Positions 9,537 to 18,839 of a DNA stretch of 64,000 nt are shown here, one piece after another; the stretch's first letter is position 1, and each line of letters starts with the position of its first letter. Source of the stretch: an uncultured Candidatus Saccharibacteria bacterium. GTDB lineage: Bacteria > Patescibacteriota > Saccharimonadia > CAZBQI01. The notes beneath the pieces were generated by a model. The model saw only the letters and a list, made by a program, of their open reading frames with translations, made no database searches and was not told the DNA's origin. The translations under genes were made by a program, and so were the position numbers. The DNA lies in NCBI GenBank assembly GCA_964494105.1, contig CAZBQI010000001.1:67126-131125 (forward strand), read 5' to 3'.

Positions 9537-10199
9537 ATGTTTAGGCGACTTTTAATTGCGATATTTGTTTTTGCAGTGTGTGCGGGCATCAGCCAGCCGA
9601 TTGCATCGGTCCAGGCGCAATCTGCCCAACAAGCTGGCTCCGAAGCTATTAGTTGCAGAATTACCGCCAGTGGCGTGAGCGTTAGGCAGGTTCAGCTCAA
9701 GGTTGGAGTAGCTGATGATGGAGTTTTGGGGCCAATTACCTGTAATGCGATAAAATCTTATCAATGCACCAAAAACCTATCAGTAGATGGTAATGTGGGC
9801 CCTATAACATGGGGAGTAATGCAGGGCAATACGCCACCAAGAGGCCCGCGAATTTGTGTTGATTTGAATAATCAAAAGTTATGGCTGAGTAAAAATGGTG
9901 TGCGAACCTATACTGCTCAAAGAATGCGATCGGGCGACCCTCGTCTGAGTAATTCTGAAAACACCAAAACGGGAAATCACAGTATTTACTACAAAGATAT
10001 AGACCATATATCATCAATATTTGGTTCGCCAATGCCGTATTCGATGTTCTTTTACGGTGGTCAAGCAATACATGAATCCACCTTTAGTACTCCCGGTAGC
10101 CATGGCTGTATAAATATAACGCGCAATGACGCAAAAAAACTTTGGAATAACTCTCCTGTTGGAACGCCAGTTAGCGTTTGGGGCGCCCGACCACTGTAG
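9537..10199 (+). CDS. L,D-transpeptidase (YkuD family) with peptidoglycan-binding domain
   Basis: Signal peptide, PG-binding-like repeat (GVADDGVLGPITCNAIKSYQ) and the catalytic SHGCINI motif. Confidence 0.8.
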   Translation: MFRRLLIAIFVFAVCAGISQPIASVQAQSAQQAGSEAISCRITASGVSVRQVQLKVGVADDGVLGPITCNAIKSYQCTKNLSVDGNVGPITWGVMQGNTPPRGPRICVDLNNQKLWLSKNGVRTYTAQRMRSGDPRLSNSENTKTGNHSIYYKDIDHISSIFGSPMPYSMFFYGGQAIHESTFSTPGSHGCINITRNDAKKLWNNSPVGTPVSVWGARPL

Positions 10200-10322
10200 A
10201 ATCTTGACCTAAATGCGTAAGTTTAATTTATGAATATACCTATTTACGCTTCTATCAGGGTTTAATTGTGGATGGGTAGCTTGCTGTTTGCCAGTAGCTT
10301 ATACACTTGCTAGGATATAAAA

Positions 10323-10994
10323 ATGGAACAGACGCCTAGAGAGCAACAGCCCGTAAAACAGAAAAGCAAATTTTCACCAACTCTAAATGTAATACTAATG
10401 GGGATATTAACGCTTGTATTGGCTATTGCTGCCGGCTATTTCTATTTGGAGTATAAGAAAATCAAAGAAAACCCACAGATTGTTACCAAGCAAGAAACTG
10501 AAGCATTGGTAGAGCAAGCAAACAAACTCATTGATTTGCCAAAAGACGAAACACCTCAGGTTGCAACCGTGCTAGATAAAGAAAAGCTCAAGGATCAGCC
10601 GTTTTTTGCTAATGCTCAAAATGGCGATAAAATACTGATTTATACCAAGGCCAAAAAAGCGGTAATTATACGACCGAAAGAAAATCGCCTGATTAATGTG
10701 GGGCCGATTGCTATTGATCAGAAAGCGCTAGTATCTGTTGCGCTGGTAAACGCCGGCGGAGACGTGGCAAAGGCCGAAAAGTCGATAAACGATGCCCTCA
10801 ACGCATCAGTTAGCATTAGTGGTAAGTCAAACGCCAAAACCAAGAATGTTAAGCAAATGATTGTAGTTGATGTTAGTGGCCAAAACGCCGAAGCTGCCGA
10901 ACAGATAGCCAGCGCAGTAGGTGGTGGCGTAGGTGCACTACCAAGTGGCGAAAGTGCCCCAGACGGCGCAGCCATTGTTGTATTCGTTAAGTAA
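10323..10994 (+). CDS. membrane-anchored LytR_C (cell-envelope-related) domain protein
   Basis: N-terminal TM helix. The C-terminal region (KNVKQMIVVDVSGQNAEAAEQIASAVGG) resembles a LytR C-terminal domain. Confidence 0.45.
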   Translation: MEQTPREQQPVKQKSKFSPTLNVILMGILTLVLAIAAGYFYLEYKKIKENPQIVTKQETEALVEQANKLIDLPKDETPQVATVLDKEKLKDQPFFANAQNGDKILIYTKAKKAVIIRPKENRLINVGPIAIDQKALVSVALVNAGGDVAKAEKSINDALNASVSISGKSNAKTKNVKQMIVVDVSGQNAEAAEQIASAVGGGVGALPSGESAPDGAAIVVFVK

Positions 10995-11076
10995 AACATA
11001 CCACTATAATTTATTTGACGAACAGCCTTTCTACCTCTATTATATAAGCATAAGTTAAGTGTGAGAAACCAAACAA

Positions 11077-11451
11077 ATGGCTGTGGGAAAAAAAATACTT
11101 ATTATTGAAGACGAAGTGTCTTTGCTGAATCCTTTGTTACAGAAGTTTAAAGATAAAGATTTTGATGTACATGGCGAAAAGAACGGTCGAGACGGACTGA
11201 AGAAGGTAAAAGCACTAAAGCCAGACATGGTTTTATTGGACTTAGTAATGCCCGAAATGGACGGCTTAACAATGCTACAGGCGCTACGCTCTGATTCTGC
11301 AATTAAAAACACTAAGGTCATTGTGTTAAGTAATCTAAGTGATGTCGAAAAAGCCAGCAAAGCAGCTGCGCTTGGTGCACTAGACTACATAGTGAAATCC
11401 GATTGGAAAATTAACGATATTGTTAAGCGAGTATCAGAAAAGCTGGCTTAG
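11077..11451 (+). CDS. stand-alone CheY-like response-regulator receiver domain
   Basis: 124 aa with ILIIEDE, the phospho-acceptor region LLDLVMPEMDG and a conserved downstream K, and no output domain. Its stop is 2 nt before the giant-gene ATG. Confidence 0.8.
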   Translation: MAVGKKILIIEDEVSLLNPLLQKFKDKDFDVHGEKNGRDGLKKVKALKPDMVLLDLVMPEMDGLTMLQALRSDSAIKNTKVIVLSNLSDVEKASKAAALGALDYIVKSDWKINDIVKRVSEKLA

Positions 11452-11453
11452 AC

Positions 11454-14400
11454 ATGTCTAAGCCAAAACAATCAAACGCGCCCAAGAGCAATCTTAAAGT
11501 TCCTGATAATTCGCCGGTTACAGGGGCCGATTATTCAAATGCGGTCGGGACGCTACTATTAGAGAATTCAAAAAACAGCGCTCGTTTGCGACGTTGGGGT
11601 CTTTTAATGCTAGGGCTTCAGCTCGCCGGAGCAGCCCTACTAATAGTTACTGGATTGTCGTTCTTTAATACCTACTACAGCCAAAAGAATATCGAAAAAA
11701 TAAAGAAAGACCCACTTGGCGAAGTAAAGATAGATTTCCAAGACATTGCCAAAGGATCGATTGGGTTTGATCAGCTTGATCCAGGCGTTATTACCAAAAT
11801 TGAACAGATAGATCGCACTCTTTTAGGTCAGCAAGGTAAGGTTGGCCCCCAGGGGCCGGCCGGCTCGACAACCGGTTCGGTGATTAGTGTTGGGTCAGGC
11901 GCCGGCCTTACCGGTGGCACAATAACATCGCGCGGCACATTAGCAATTAGCGCACCAACCTGCGCCGCTAATGAACGGCTTAGCTGGACTGGCACGGCAT
12001 TTGCCTGCCAAGCTGTTGCCTCCGGCACTGCCTCCGGCACCAGCCCGATTGTGTTCGATAGCAACACTGGCGATATAAGTTGCCCCACGTGCCTGACTAC
12101 AGTTGGTATTGCGTTTTCGGCAGCAGCCGATAGTGGTACAGACCAAAATTTGAATATTGGCGATACCCTAAGCTTAATTGGTGGTAACGGTATTTCTACC
12201 GCTGCGTCACTTAGCAATAACATCACCTTTAGCCTTGTCGATACTGCCGTCACGCCCGGTTTCTATGGTACCACCAGCTCTGTACCGTCGTTTACCGTTG
12301 ATGCCCAAGGCCGAATAACTGCTGCCAGTGATACGGCGATTAGTATTAATGCCAGTGCTATTTCTGCGGGAACTCTATCTGTTACCCGTGGTGGTACCGG
12401 TGTCGATGGCTCAGGTGCTACCAATGGCCAGCTCCTGATTGGTAACGGCAGTGGTTACAGTTTAGCTAATCTTACGGCTACCGGTCCTTTGGGCGTTACC
12501 AATGGTGCCGGCACCATAAACCTCACTTGTGCAACTTGTGTTACGACCAGTGGTAACGGTGCCATTACCAGTTCTGGTGGCGATGTCACATTAAGCGGTA
12601 CTACAACTGGCCGGTTAATTGGCTCGGGCAATGTTAACTTTGATCTATCTTCTACCGGAGTGGTGGGTGCTACCTACGGTTCAGCCAGTTCAGTACCCGT
12701 CTTTACAGTTGATGGTAAGGGCCGCATTACTTCAGCCAGTAATACGGCGATTGCTGGTTTAACTAGTTCTAATTTATCGGGCAGTGCTGCCATCACTAAT
12801 GCCCAGTTACAAAATAGCGTTATCACCTTTAATTCGGGTAACGGCTTAACTGGTGGCGGGGCGGTGTCGCTTGGCGGCAGTACTAGCTTGGCCATTAGTG
12901 CGCCTACTTGTCTTTCAAACGAACGGCTTAGTTGGAGCGGGTCGGCCTTTACCTGCGCAACCGTTGCTGCAGGCGGTAGCCAGGCGGCGAACACCTTTTT
13001 TGCTGGGCCGAGCTCCGGCGGTGCGGCGGCGCCTGGTTTTCGCGGAATTGTTGCAGCCGATTTAGGTACCGGCACAGCTAATTCGCAATCCGTTTTGGCC
13101 GGTAACCAAACTTGGCTGCCATTGCTTGATGGCGGCGGCAAGATTTTAACCAGCCTATTGCCTGCCAGTGGTTTAAATTATCAAGGATCTTGGAACGCTA
13201 ATACCAATACGCCAAGCTTAAGTAGTAGTGGCGGCGGTGGCGTACAGGGCGATTTTTATATTATTGACGTGGCAGGAACAACCTCGATTGATGGTAATAG
13301 CACGTGGAACGTTGGCGACTGGATTCTAAATAATGGCGCAACATGGGATCGGATATCAAATACAAATGCGGTTAGTAGTGTTAATGGTCAAACTGGCGCG
13401 GTAGTACTAGATAGTGATGATGTATCGGAAGGCGTCAGTAACTTGTACTTTACCAATGCTCGTGCCCGCGGGGCACTATCCGGCACCGGGCCGATTAGTT
13501 ACAATTCCGGCACTGGAGTAATTGATTGCCCAACCTGTGTTACCACTAGTGGTAACGGGGATATTGTTTCCGGTACAGGCCTATCAATATCTGGCACAAC
13601 TACTGGACGACTCATTGGTACTGGCAATGTGACTTTTGGCTTGTCGACGGCTGTACCAACAAGTGTAGTAAACGACACCAACGTTACGGGCTCGATTTCG
13701 GCTAATGCTTTGACGCTGGGTTGGACTGGTCAACTATCAACAGCCCGTGGTGGTACCGGTGTCGATGGCTCAGGTGCTACCAATGGCCAGCTCCTGATTG
13801 GTAACGGCAGTGGTTACAGTTTAGCTAATCTTACGGCTACCGGTCCTTTGGGCGTTACCAATGGTGCCGGCACCATAAACCTCACTTGTGCAACTTGTGT
13901 TACGACCAGTGGTAACGGTGCCATTACCAGTTCTGGTGGCGATGTCACATTAAGCGGTACTACAACTGGCCGGTTAATTGGCTCGGGCAATGTTAACTTT
14001 GATCTATCTTCTACCGGAGTGGTGGGTGCTACCTACGGTTCAGCCAGTTCAGTACCCGTCTTTACAGTTGATGGTAAGGGCCGCATTACTTCAGCCTCCA
14101 ACACCGCCATTGCCCTAAACGCCTCTGCCATTACCGCCGGTACCCTCAGTGTTACCCGTGGCGGTACCGGAGTAGATGGTTCCGGCGCCACCAACGGCCA
14201 GCTGTTGATCGGTAACGGTACGGGGTACTCTTTGGCCACGCTAGCCTCATCCGGGCCTATTGGTATTACTAACTCCGCTGGTGGCATTAGTATTGGTTGT
14301 GCAACCTGCCTAACAACCGGTACAACCTTATTTACCGCGGCTGGTGATGTTGGTGTAAACCAAAGCGTGACCCAGGGCCAAACCATTACCTTTATTGGTG

Positions 14401-16385
14401 GCGTTGGTTTAACCACTACAGGTTCTGCTACCCGAAATATGACAATAGATTTGGATAATACCGCCGTCACCCCCGGTTCCTATGGTACTGCTAGTTCAGT
14501 AGGCTCATTTACTGTAGATGCGCAGGGACGAATTATCGCTGCTAGCAACTCATCGATATCTATCAACGCCAGCGCAATTACAGCCGGCACCGGGTCGGTA
14601 TCATTCACTTCTGCAACATCCAATGCAATTTCGCTCGACTCTGGAACAACCGGCGGGATAAATATTGGAACAGGTGCGAACTCGAAGACCATTACCATCG
14701 GTAACACTACCGGTACAACCGGTATTAACATCGACTCCGGTAGCGGTAACATTAATTTGCGTCCTGGTGGTTCCGGGACAACCGCTAATGTCCAAATAGG
14801 TGCTGGCGGGGCTGGCTCGACAACGCCCGATTTATTGGTGCTTGATAGAAAAAGTAGTGCCGGTGACCCTGCCGGTACCAACGGTGCAATGTATTATAAT
14901 GCTAGCTCAAATAAATTCCGTTGTTTCGAAAACTCCACCTGGAGGGACTGTATCAAGGGGTCAATAAACCTTGGTCATGCGGCCACCTACGACACGAACG
15001 AAGCCCTTACTAATGTGGCAGCTTCTCAGGTGACTCTCGGTACGGTATCTGTTACGCCAGCATCGGATACTGGTGATGTCTATGTAACTGGCAACGCGGA
15101 TGTCTATAGTAGCAACAATACCGACCAAACATTTGTATTTACCATAGAAACCGGGTCAACTTGTACCGGTACGACTGTGGCGACAAGGTCATATACAATT
15201 ACTGCATCGAACTCCGCAACGGTAGGCCGTGGCTCACTTGTAGTAAGTGGTATTGTCTCTGACCCCGGTGAGTCTTCGCAGGCATATTCACTCTGCGCAT
15301 CAACTGCAACAGGTGATACCGATGTTCTGAACTGGCGTATCGAAGCATTGGTTATTGAATCAGCAGGTGCTGATGTTGCGGAGATGTATTATACGCACGA
15401 TGATGCCCGGCCCGGCGAAGTTGTAAGTATTGACGGCAGTATGAAGGCTGGTGTTCGTAGATCAAACGGCTCGTACGATCCTATGGTGTTGGGTATTATA
15501 AGCACAAAGCCAGGGTACGTTCTTGCTGATGCTGAGGGGGTCGACCCTACGGCTAGGCCGGTTATACTGGCTCTTGCCGGTCGTGTTCCAGTCAAAGTTT
15601 CGGACGAAAATGGGCCAATAAAGGCTGGCGATGCGCTGACACCATCGTCGATACCGGGCGTGGCTATGAAAGCTACCCAAAACGGCTGGGTACTTGGCGT
15701 AGCCATAGAAGACCAAAAGCCAGGAGCGGGCACCTTGATGACTTTTGTGAATAGATCTTGGTATACAGGGGGCAGTAATAACCCCCCCTCACTGACCGGT
15801 ATGAGTTTAGGCGATGCAGATTTACCTGGCATAAAATCAGCCCAATCCGAAGGTGTAAAGAACGGCTTGCAATCAGAAAATCCGGAGTTGGTTGCTCAAG
15901 CTTTGGGCATTTTAAATGATATTCAAAATACGGTGGTAACCCAGCAAACCCAGCTCAACGCACTTGAAGCTAATCAAGCCAAAGCCAGCTCGAATTCACA
16001 GCAGATTAACCAAGCGATATTTAATGGCGGTATTGTGGCCGGCGATGTAGAGTTCCAAGGCAACGCCACCTTTAATGCTATCGCCACATTCAAGGGTCAG
16101 AGTGTCTTTAAGGGGGGTGCTATATTTGAAGGAGACGTAGCAATTAATGGGCGCGTGAAGTTCGGTGCTAATGGATCGGGCGTGGCAACTGTACCAGCCG
16201 GCGCCACGAGCGTTACAGTTAGCTTTACTAGCCCGTATGACGGACGGCCAATTGTAAACTTAACTCCTATAGATTACGACGGGAAATTCAAACTTAGTGG
16301 CGCATCGGCCGGTGGCTTTACGATTGTACTAGATTCGCCCGTGCCAAGCCCGGTAGAGTTTAACTGGTTAGCGAGTGAAAATTAA
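11454..16385 (+). CDS. giant (1643 aa) membrane-anchored repeat fibre protein (tail-fibre-like beta repeats)
   Basis: A cytoplasmic N-terminus of about 50 aa is followed by one TM helix (LLMLGLQLAGAALLIVTGLSFF). A short Gly-X-Y run follows (GQQGKVGPQGPAG). There are then many Gly/Thr/Ser-rich repeats carrying recurring CPTC / CATC motifs, including a protein-level repeat present in two exact copies. The C-terminal part is non-repetitive, with a coiled-coil-like segment (LNALEANQAKASS). Confidence 0.7.
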   Translation: MSKPKQSNAPKSNLKVPDNSPVTGADYSNAVGTLLLENSKNSARLRRWGLLMLGLQLAGAALLIVTGLSFFNTYYSQKNIEKIKKDPLGEVKIDFQDIAKGSIGFDQLDPGVITKIEQIDRTLLGQQGKVGPQGPAGSTTGSVISVGSGAGLTGGTITSRGTLAISAPTCAANERLSWTGTAFACQAVASGTASGTSPIVFDSNTGDISCPTCLTTVGIAFSAAADSGTDQNLNIGDTLSLIGGNGISTAASLSNNITFSLVDTAVTPGFYGTTSSVPSFTVDAQGRITAASDTAISINASAISAGTLSVTRGGTGVDGSGATNGQLLIGNGSGYSLANLTATGPLGVTNGAGTINLTCATCVTTSGNGAITSSGGDVTLSGTTTGRLIGSGNVNFDLSSTGVVGATYGSASSVPVFTVDGKGRITSASNTAIAGLTSSNLSGSAAITNAQLQNSVITFNSGNGLTGGGAVSLGGSTSLAISAPTCLSNERLSWSGSAFTCATVAAGGSQAANTFFAGPSSGGAAAPGFRGIVAADLGTGTANSQSVLAGNQTWLPLLDGGGKILTSLLPASGLNYQGSWNANTNTPSLSSSGGGGVQGDFYIIDVAGTTSIDGNSTWNVGDWILNNGATWDRISNTNAVSSVNGQTGAVVLDSDDVSEGVSNLYFTNARARGALSGTGPISYNSGTGVIDCPTCVTTSGNGDIVSGTGLSISGTTTGRLIGTGNVTFGLSTAVPTSVVNDTNVTGSISANALTLGWTGQLSTARGGTGVDGSGATNGQLLIGNGSGYSLANLTATGPLGVTNGAGTINLTCATCVTTSGNGAITSSGGDVTLSGTTTGRLIGSGNVNFDLSSTGVVGATYGSASSVPVFTVDGKGRITSASNTAIALNASAITAGTLSVTRGGTGVDGSGATNGQLLIGNGTGYSLATLASSGPIGITNSAGGISIGCATCLTTGTTLFTAAGDVGVNQSVTQGQTITFIGGVGLTTTGSATRNMTIDLDNTAVTPGSYGTASSVGSFTVDAQGRIIAASNSSISINASAITAGTGSVSFTSATSNAISLDSGTTGGINIGTGANSKTITIGNTTGTTGINIDSGSGNINLRPGGSGTTANVQIGAGGAGSTTPDLLVLDRKSSAGDPAGTNGAMYYNASSNKFRCFENSTWRDCIKGSINLGHAATYDTNEALTNVAASQVTLGTVSVTPASDTGDVYVTGNADVYSSNNTDQTFVFTIETGSTCTGTTVATRSYTITASNSATVGRGSLVVSGIVSDPGESSQAYSLCASTATGDTDVLNWRIEALVIESAGADVAEMYYTHDDARPGEVVSIDGSMKAGVRRSNGSYDPMVLGIISTKPGYVLADAEGVDPTARPVILALAGRVPVKVSDENGPIKAGDALTPSSIPGVAMKATQNGWVLGVAIEDQKPGAGTLMTFVNRSWYTGGSNNPPSLTGMSLGDADLPGIKSAQSEGVKNGLQSENPELVAQALGILNDIQNTVVTQQTQLNALEANQAKASSNSQQINQAIFNGGIVAGDVEFQGNATFNAIATFKGQSVFKGGAIFEGDVAINGRVKFGANGSGVATVPAGATSVTVSFTSPYDGRPIVNLTPIDYDGKFKLSGASAGGFTIVLDSPVPSPVEFNWLASEN
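12385..12737 (+). repeat. 353-bp perfect direct repeat, copy 1 (inside the giant gene)
   Basis: Identical by eye, base for base, to 13744-14096. Encodes RGGTGVDGSGATNGQLLIGNGSGYSLANLTATGPLGVTNGAGTINLTCATCVTT... Confidence 0.9.
13744..14096 (+). repeat. 353-bp perfect direct repeat, copy 2 (inside the giant gene)
   Basis: Identical to 12385-12737. The offset is 1359 bp, a multiple of 3. A third copy diverged at synonymous sites starts near 14157. Confidence 0.9.
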
Positions 16386-16457
16386 CGTGGTTTTCAAGGC
16401 GGAATTTGCTAGACTCAATGAAGTAAACTACAAAGCCAAATTGAAGACGGAATATAT

Positions 16458-18830
16458 ATGAAACAGAGAACATCTTGGGCACACCCTGTTAAGAGATTGC
16501 CATTTTCTAATCGCTTAAATCTATTAGAATTTGACAACAAGGTTGTAGCAGCCGAATTTTTGCGTAAAAAGAAAATTGGCCAAAACACCTACGAATTTAA
16601 ATTTGCATTGCATCGTAGCATTAAATATGTGCCTGGCCAATATGTTTGGCTTAATCTGCCGCAATTGCGGGCAACAGATAAGAAAGGCGCACGGCGAGCA
16701 ATGTCTATCGTGTATGTGGGGGCTGGCAATAAAGAGATTTCTATCGCAATGAGAATAAGCGATAGTAGTTTCAAGAAAGCTGCATTGCGGCTTACTTCGG
16801 GACAACAGGTAGAAATTATCGGGCCTAATGGTTCTTCTTTTTGCTTGCCGGAAAATGGAAAACAATCAGTTGTGCTTATTGCTGGCGGCACAGGTATTGC
16901 TCCGTTTGTAAACTTAGTACAAAATGAAGAATATAAAAAATCGAAAAGGACAATTCACCTTTTCTATACAGATGAGGGTGGCAATAGTGCGCCATATTTA
17001 GGTTTACTTAACAAAATAAAGTTAAACAACTATCACTTAAAATTTAGCCAAGTGCCTTTTGCTGAAAATGATTTTGCAGGAATTCATGAGTCGATGCGAG
17101 CAATATATTATCTAAGCGGACCTCAGAAATTTGTTGATTTCTACTACCGATTACTTAGCGGTATGGGAATTGCAAAATCAAGCATGAGGTTTGAAAATTT
17201 CTACCCAAGTAATGATGTTGTAGAGCTTATGCAACAGCTGTTTCGCGATGGCGATGCAATAAAACCCGTACCTGGAGATACCAAATTAGCCATTCAGCGG
17301 CGCGATATTTTGCTATCGGCAATACAAAGCTCATCACACCACATAGTCATCACTGACATTAATGGCGTTATTGTACTGGCAAACAAAGCTGCAGAAAGAA
17401 TAACAGGTTTTAGTTTTTACGAAATGGAAGGGCAAACACCACGCCTGTGGGGAGGGCTAATGCCTGTAAATTTCTATTCCAAACTATGGAACAGTAAGCT
17501 ACACGGGCTAACAATTGACGAAGAGATTGTTAACCGGCGTAAAGACGGATCGCTTTACTTGGTTATGTCGCACATTTCACCGATAAAAAATAAGCATGGC
17601 AAGGCGATAGGGTTTATTGGCACTGAAGAGGACATTACCCTGAACCGTCAAAAAGAAATCGAATCAAACACCATAGCTGAACAACTGGAGTCGACATTAT
17701 TAGGGATTGCCGAAGGTCTAATAATCACTGACGGTAAAGGAAGAATACAGCGGGTAAATGCAGCAGCTTGTAGCATGTTAGGTTATAGCCAAAAAGAGCT
17801 AGTTGGTAAAAATGCGAATGATGCTATTGAAATGCTTGATTCGAAAGAAGTCCCGATACCAAAAAATGAACGGATCACCAGCAGAGTAATCTCAAGTTCG
17901 GCGCCAGTAGTAACTGAAGATATTGCAAACAGCATATATTACCGAAAAAAGGACGGAACTAAGTTTCCCGTATATGTTGCGGCTTCACCAGTAATAGAAA
18001 ACAGTCGAATGGTTGGTTCTGTAGAAATATTTAGAGACATAAGTCGAGATAAAGAAATTGACATTGCAAAATCAGAGTTCGTATCTTTAGCTTCGCATCA
18101 GTTGCGTACTCCACTCTCGGCCATTAATTGGAATGCGGAACTCTTAATGGGAGGAGATGCGGGTAAGTTAACCGCTGACCAAGCGAACTTCGTAAAGGAA
18201 ATTTACAGTAGTAGTCAAAGAATGGTGGATCTAGTCAGGTCATTACTAAACGTCTCTCGTATCGAGCTTGGTACACTTGGTTTTGATCCATCGCCACAAA
18301 ATGTAAACGAATTGATAAAGGCAATTATGGCAGACGAAAGACTGCTTCGTGATAAAGAAGAAATTTCAGTTAAACTCAATCTTTCAAAAATACCTAGGAT
18401 ACCTGTCGATCCAAGACTAGTTACGCTACTAGTGCAAAATCTTGGTAGTAATGCTATTAAGTACTCGAAACATGGTGGCGAAATTATTGTGACAAGTGAA
18501 TATCTGGCAAATCCTTCAAAAAGAAAGAATTTTAGAAAAAAAGGTATAAAAATCCCAAGTGTATATTTGTGTTTTAAAGATAGTGGTATTGGTATTCCAA
18601 AAGAACAGCAAAAAAATATATTTTCAAAAATGTTCCGAGCTGATAACGCCCAGGAGCAAGTAACTGATGGTAATGGTTTGGGCTTGTATATGGTTAAGGG
18701 GATTGTCGAGAGCATTGATGGCAAAATATGGTTTGAATCTAGCGTAAAAAATGGCACAAGTTTCCACGTATTATTGCCACTTGAAGGCTTGGCCAAAAAG
18801 GATTCAGGTATAAAACTACTTGATGTATAA
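16458..18830 (+). CDS. soluble sensor histidine kinase: ferredoxin-reductase-like FAD/NAD(P) module + 2 PAS + HisKA + HATPase
   Basis: The N-terminus has an FNR-type FAD-binding signature (RAMSIVY, i.e. RxYS-like) and the NAD-binding motif GGTGIAPF. Two PAS-like regions follow. The H-box is SHQLRTPL, the N-box NLGSNAIKYS, and the G-boxes DSGIGIP and GNGLGL. No TM helix. Confidence 0.8.
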   Translation: MKQRTSWAHPVKRLPFSNRLNLLEFDNKVVAAEFLRKKKIGQNTYEFKFALHRSIKYVPGQYVWLNLPQLRATDKKGARRAMSIVYVGAGNKEISIAMRISDSSFKKAALRLTSGQQVEIIGPNGSSFCLPENGKQSVVLIAGGTGIAPFVNLVQNEEYKKSKRTIHLFYTDEGGNSAPYLGLLNKIKLNNYHLKFSQVPFAENDFAGIHESMRAIYYLSGPQKFVDFYYRLLSGMGIAKSSMRFENFYPSNDVVELMQQLFRDGDAIKPVPGDTKLAIQRRDILLSAIQSSSHHIVITDINGVIVLANKAAERITGFSFYEMEGQTPRLWGGLMPVNFYSKLWNSKLHGLTIDEEIVNRRKDGSLYLVMSHISPIKNKHGKAIGFIGTEEDITLNRQKEIESNTIAEQLESTLLGIAEGLIITDGKGRIQRVNAAACSMLGYSQKELVGKNANDAIEMLDSKEVPIPKNERITSRVISSSAPVVTEDIANSIYYRKKDGTKFPVYVAASPVIENSRMVGSVEIFRDISRDKEIDIAKSEFVSLASHQLRTPLSAINWNAELLMGGDAGKLTADQANFVKEIYSSSQRMVDLVRSLLNVSRIELGTLGFDPSPQNVNELIKAIMADERLLRDKEEISVKLNLSKIPRIPVDPRLVTLLVQNLGSNAIKYSKHGGEIIVTSEYLANPSKRKNFRKKGIKIPSVYLCFKDSGIGIPKEQQKNIFSKMFRADNAQEQVTDGNGLGLYMVKGIVESIDGKIWFESSVKNGTSFHVLLPLEGLAKKDSGIKLLDV

Positions 18831-18839
18831 TCGAAAACT

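Noticed and set aside
11818-11877. Collagen-like G-X-Y run (GQQGKVGPQGPAG) that could suggest a collagen-like triple-helix protein.
   Set aside because: It has only about 5 triplets, far too short for a collagen domain, so it is treated as part of the repeat fibre.
11828-15832. Several long minus-strand ORFs inside the giant gene (11828-12253, 12674-13141, 14033-14470, 14480-14881, 15389-15832).
   Set aside because: They are antisense to the Gly/Thr-rich repeats, so GGT/ACC codons read backwards give Pro/Val-rich artefacts. None has an RBS, and they tile exactly over the repeat-coding region.
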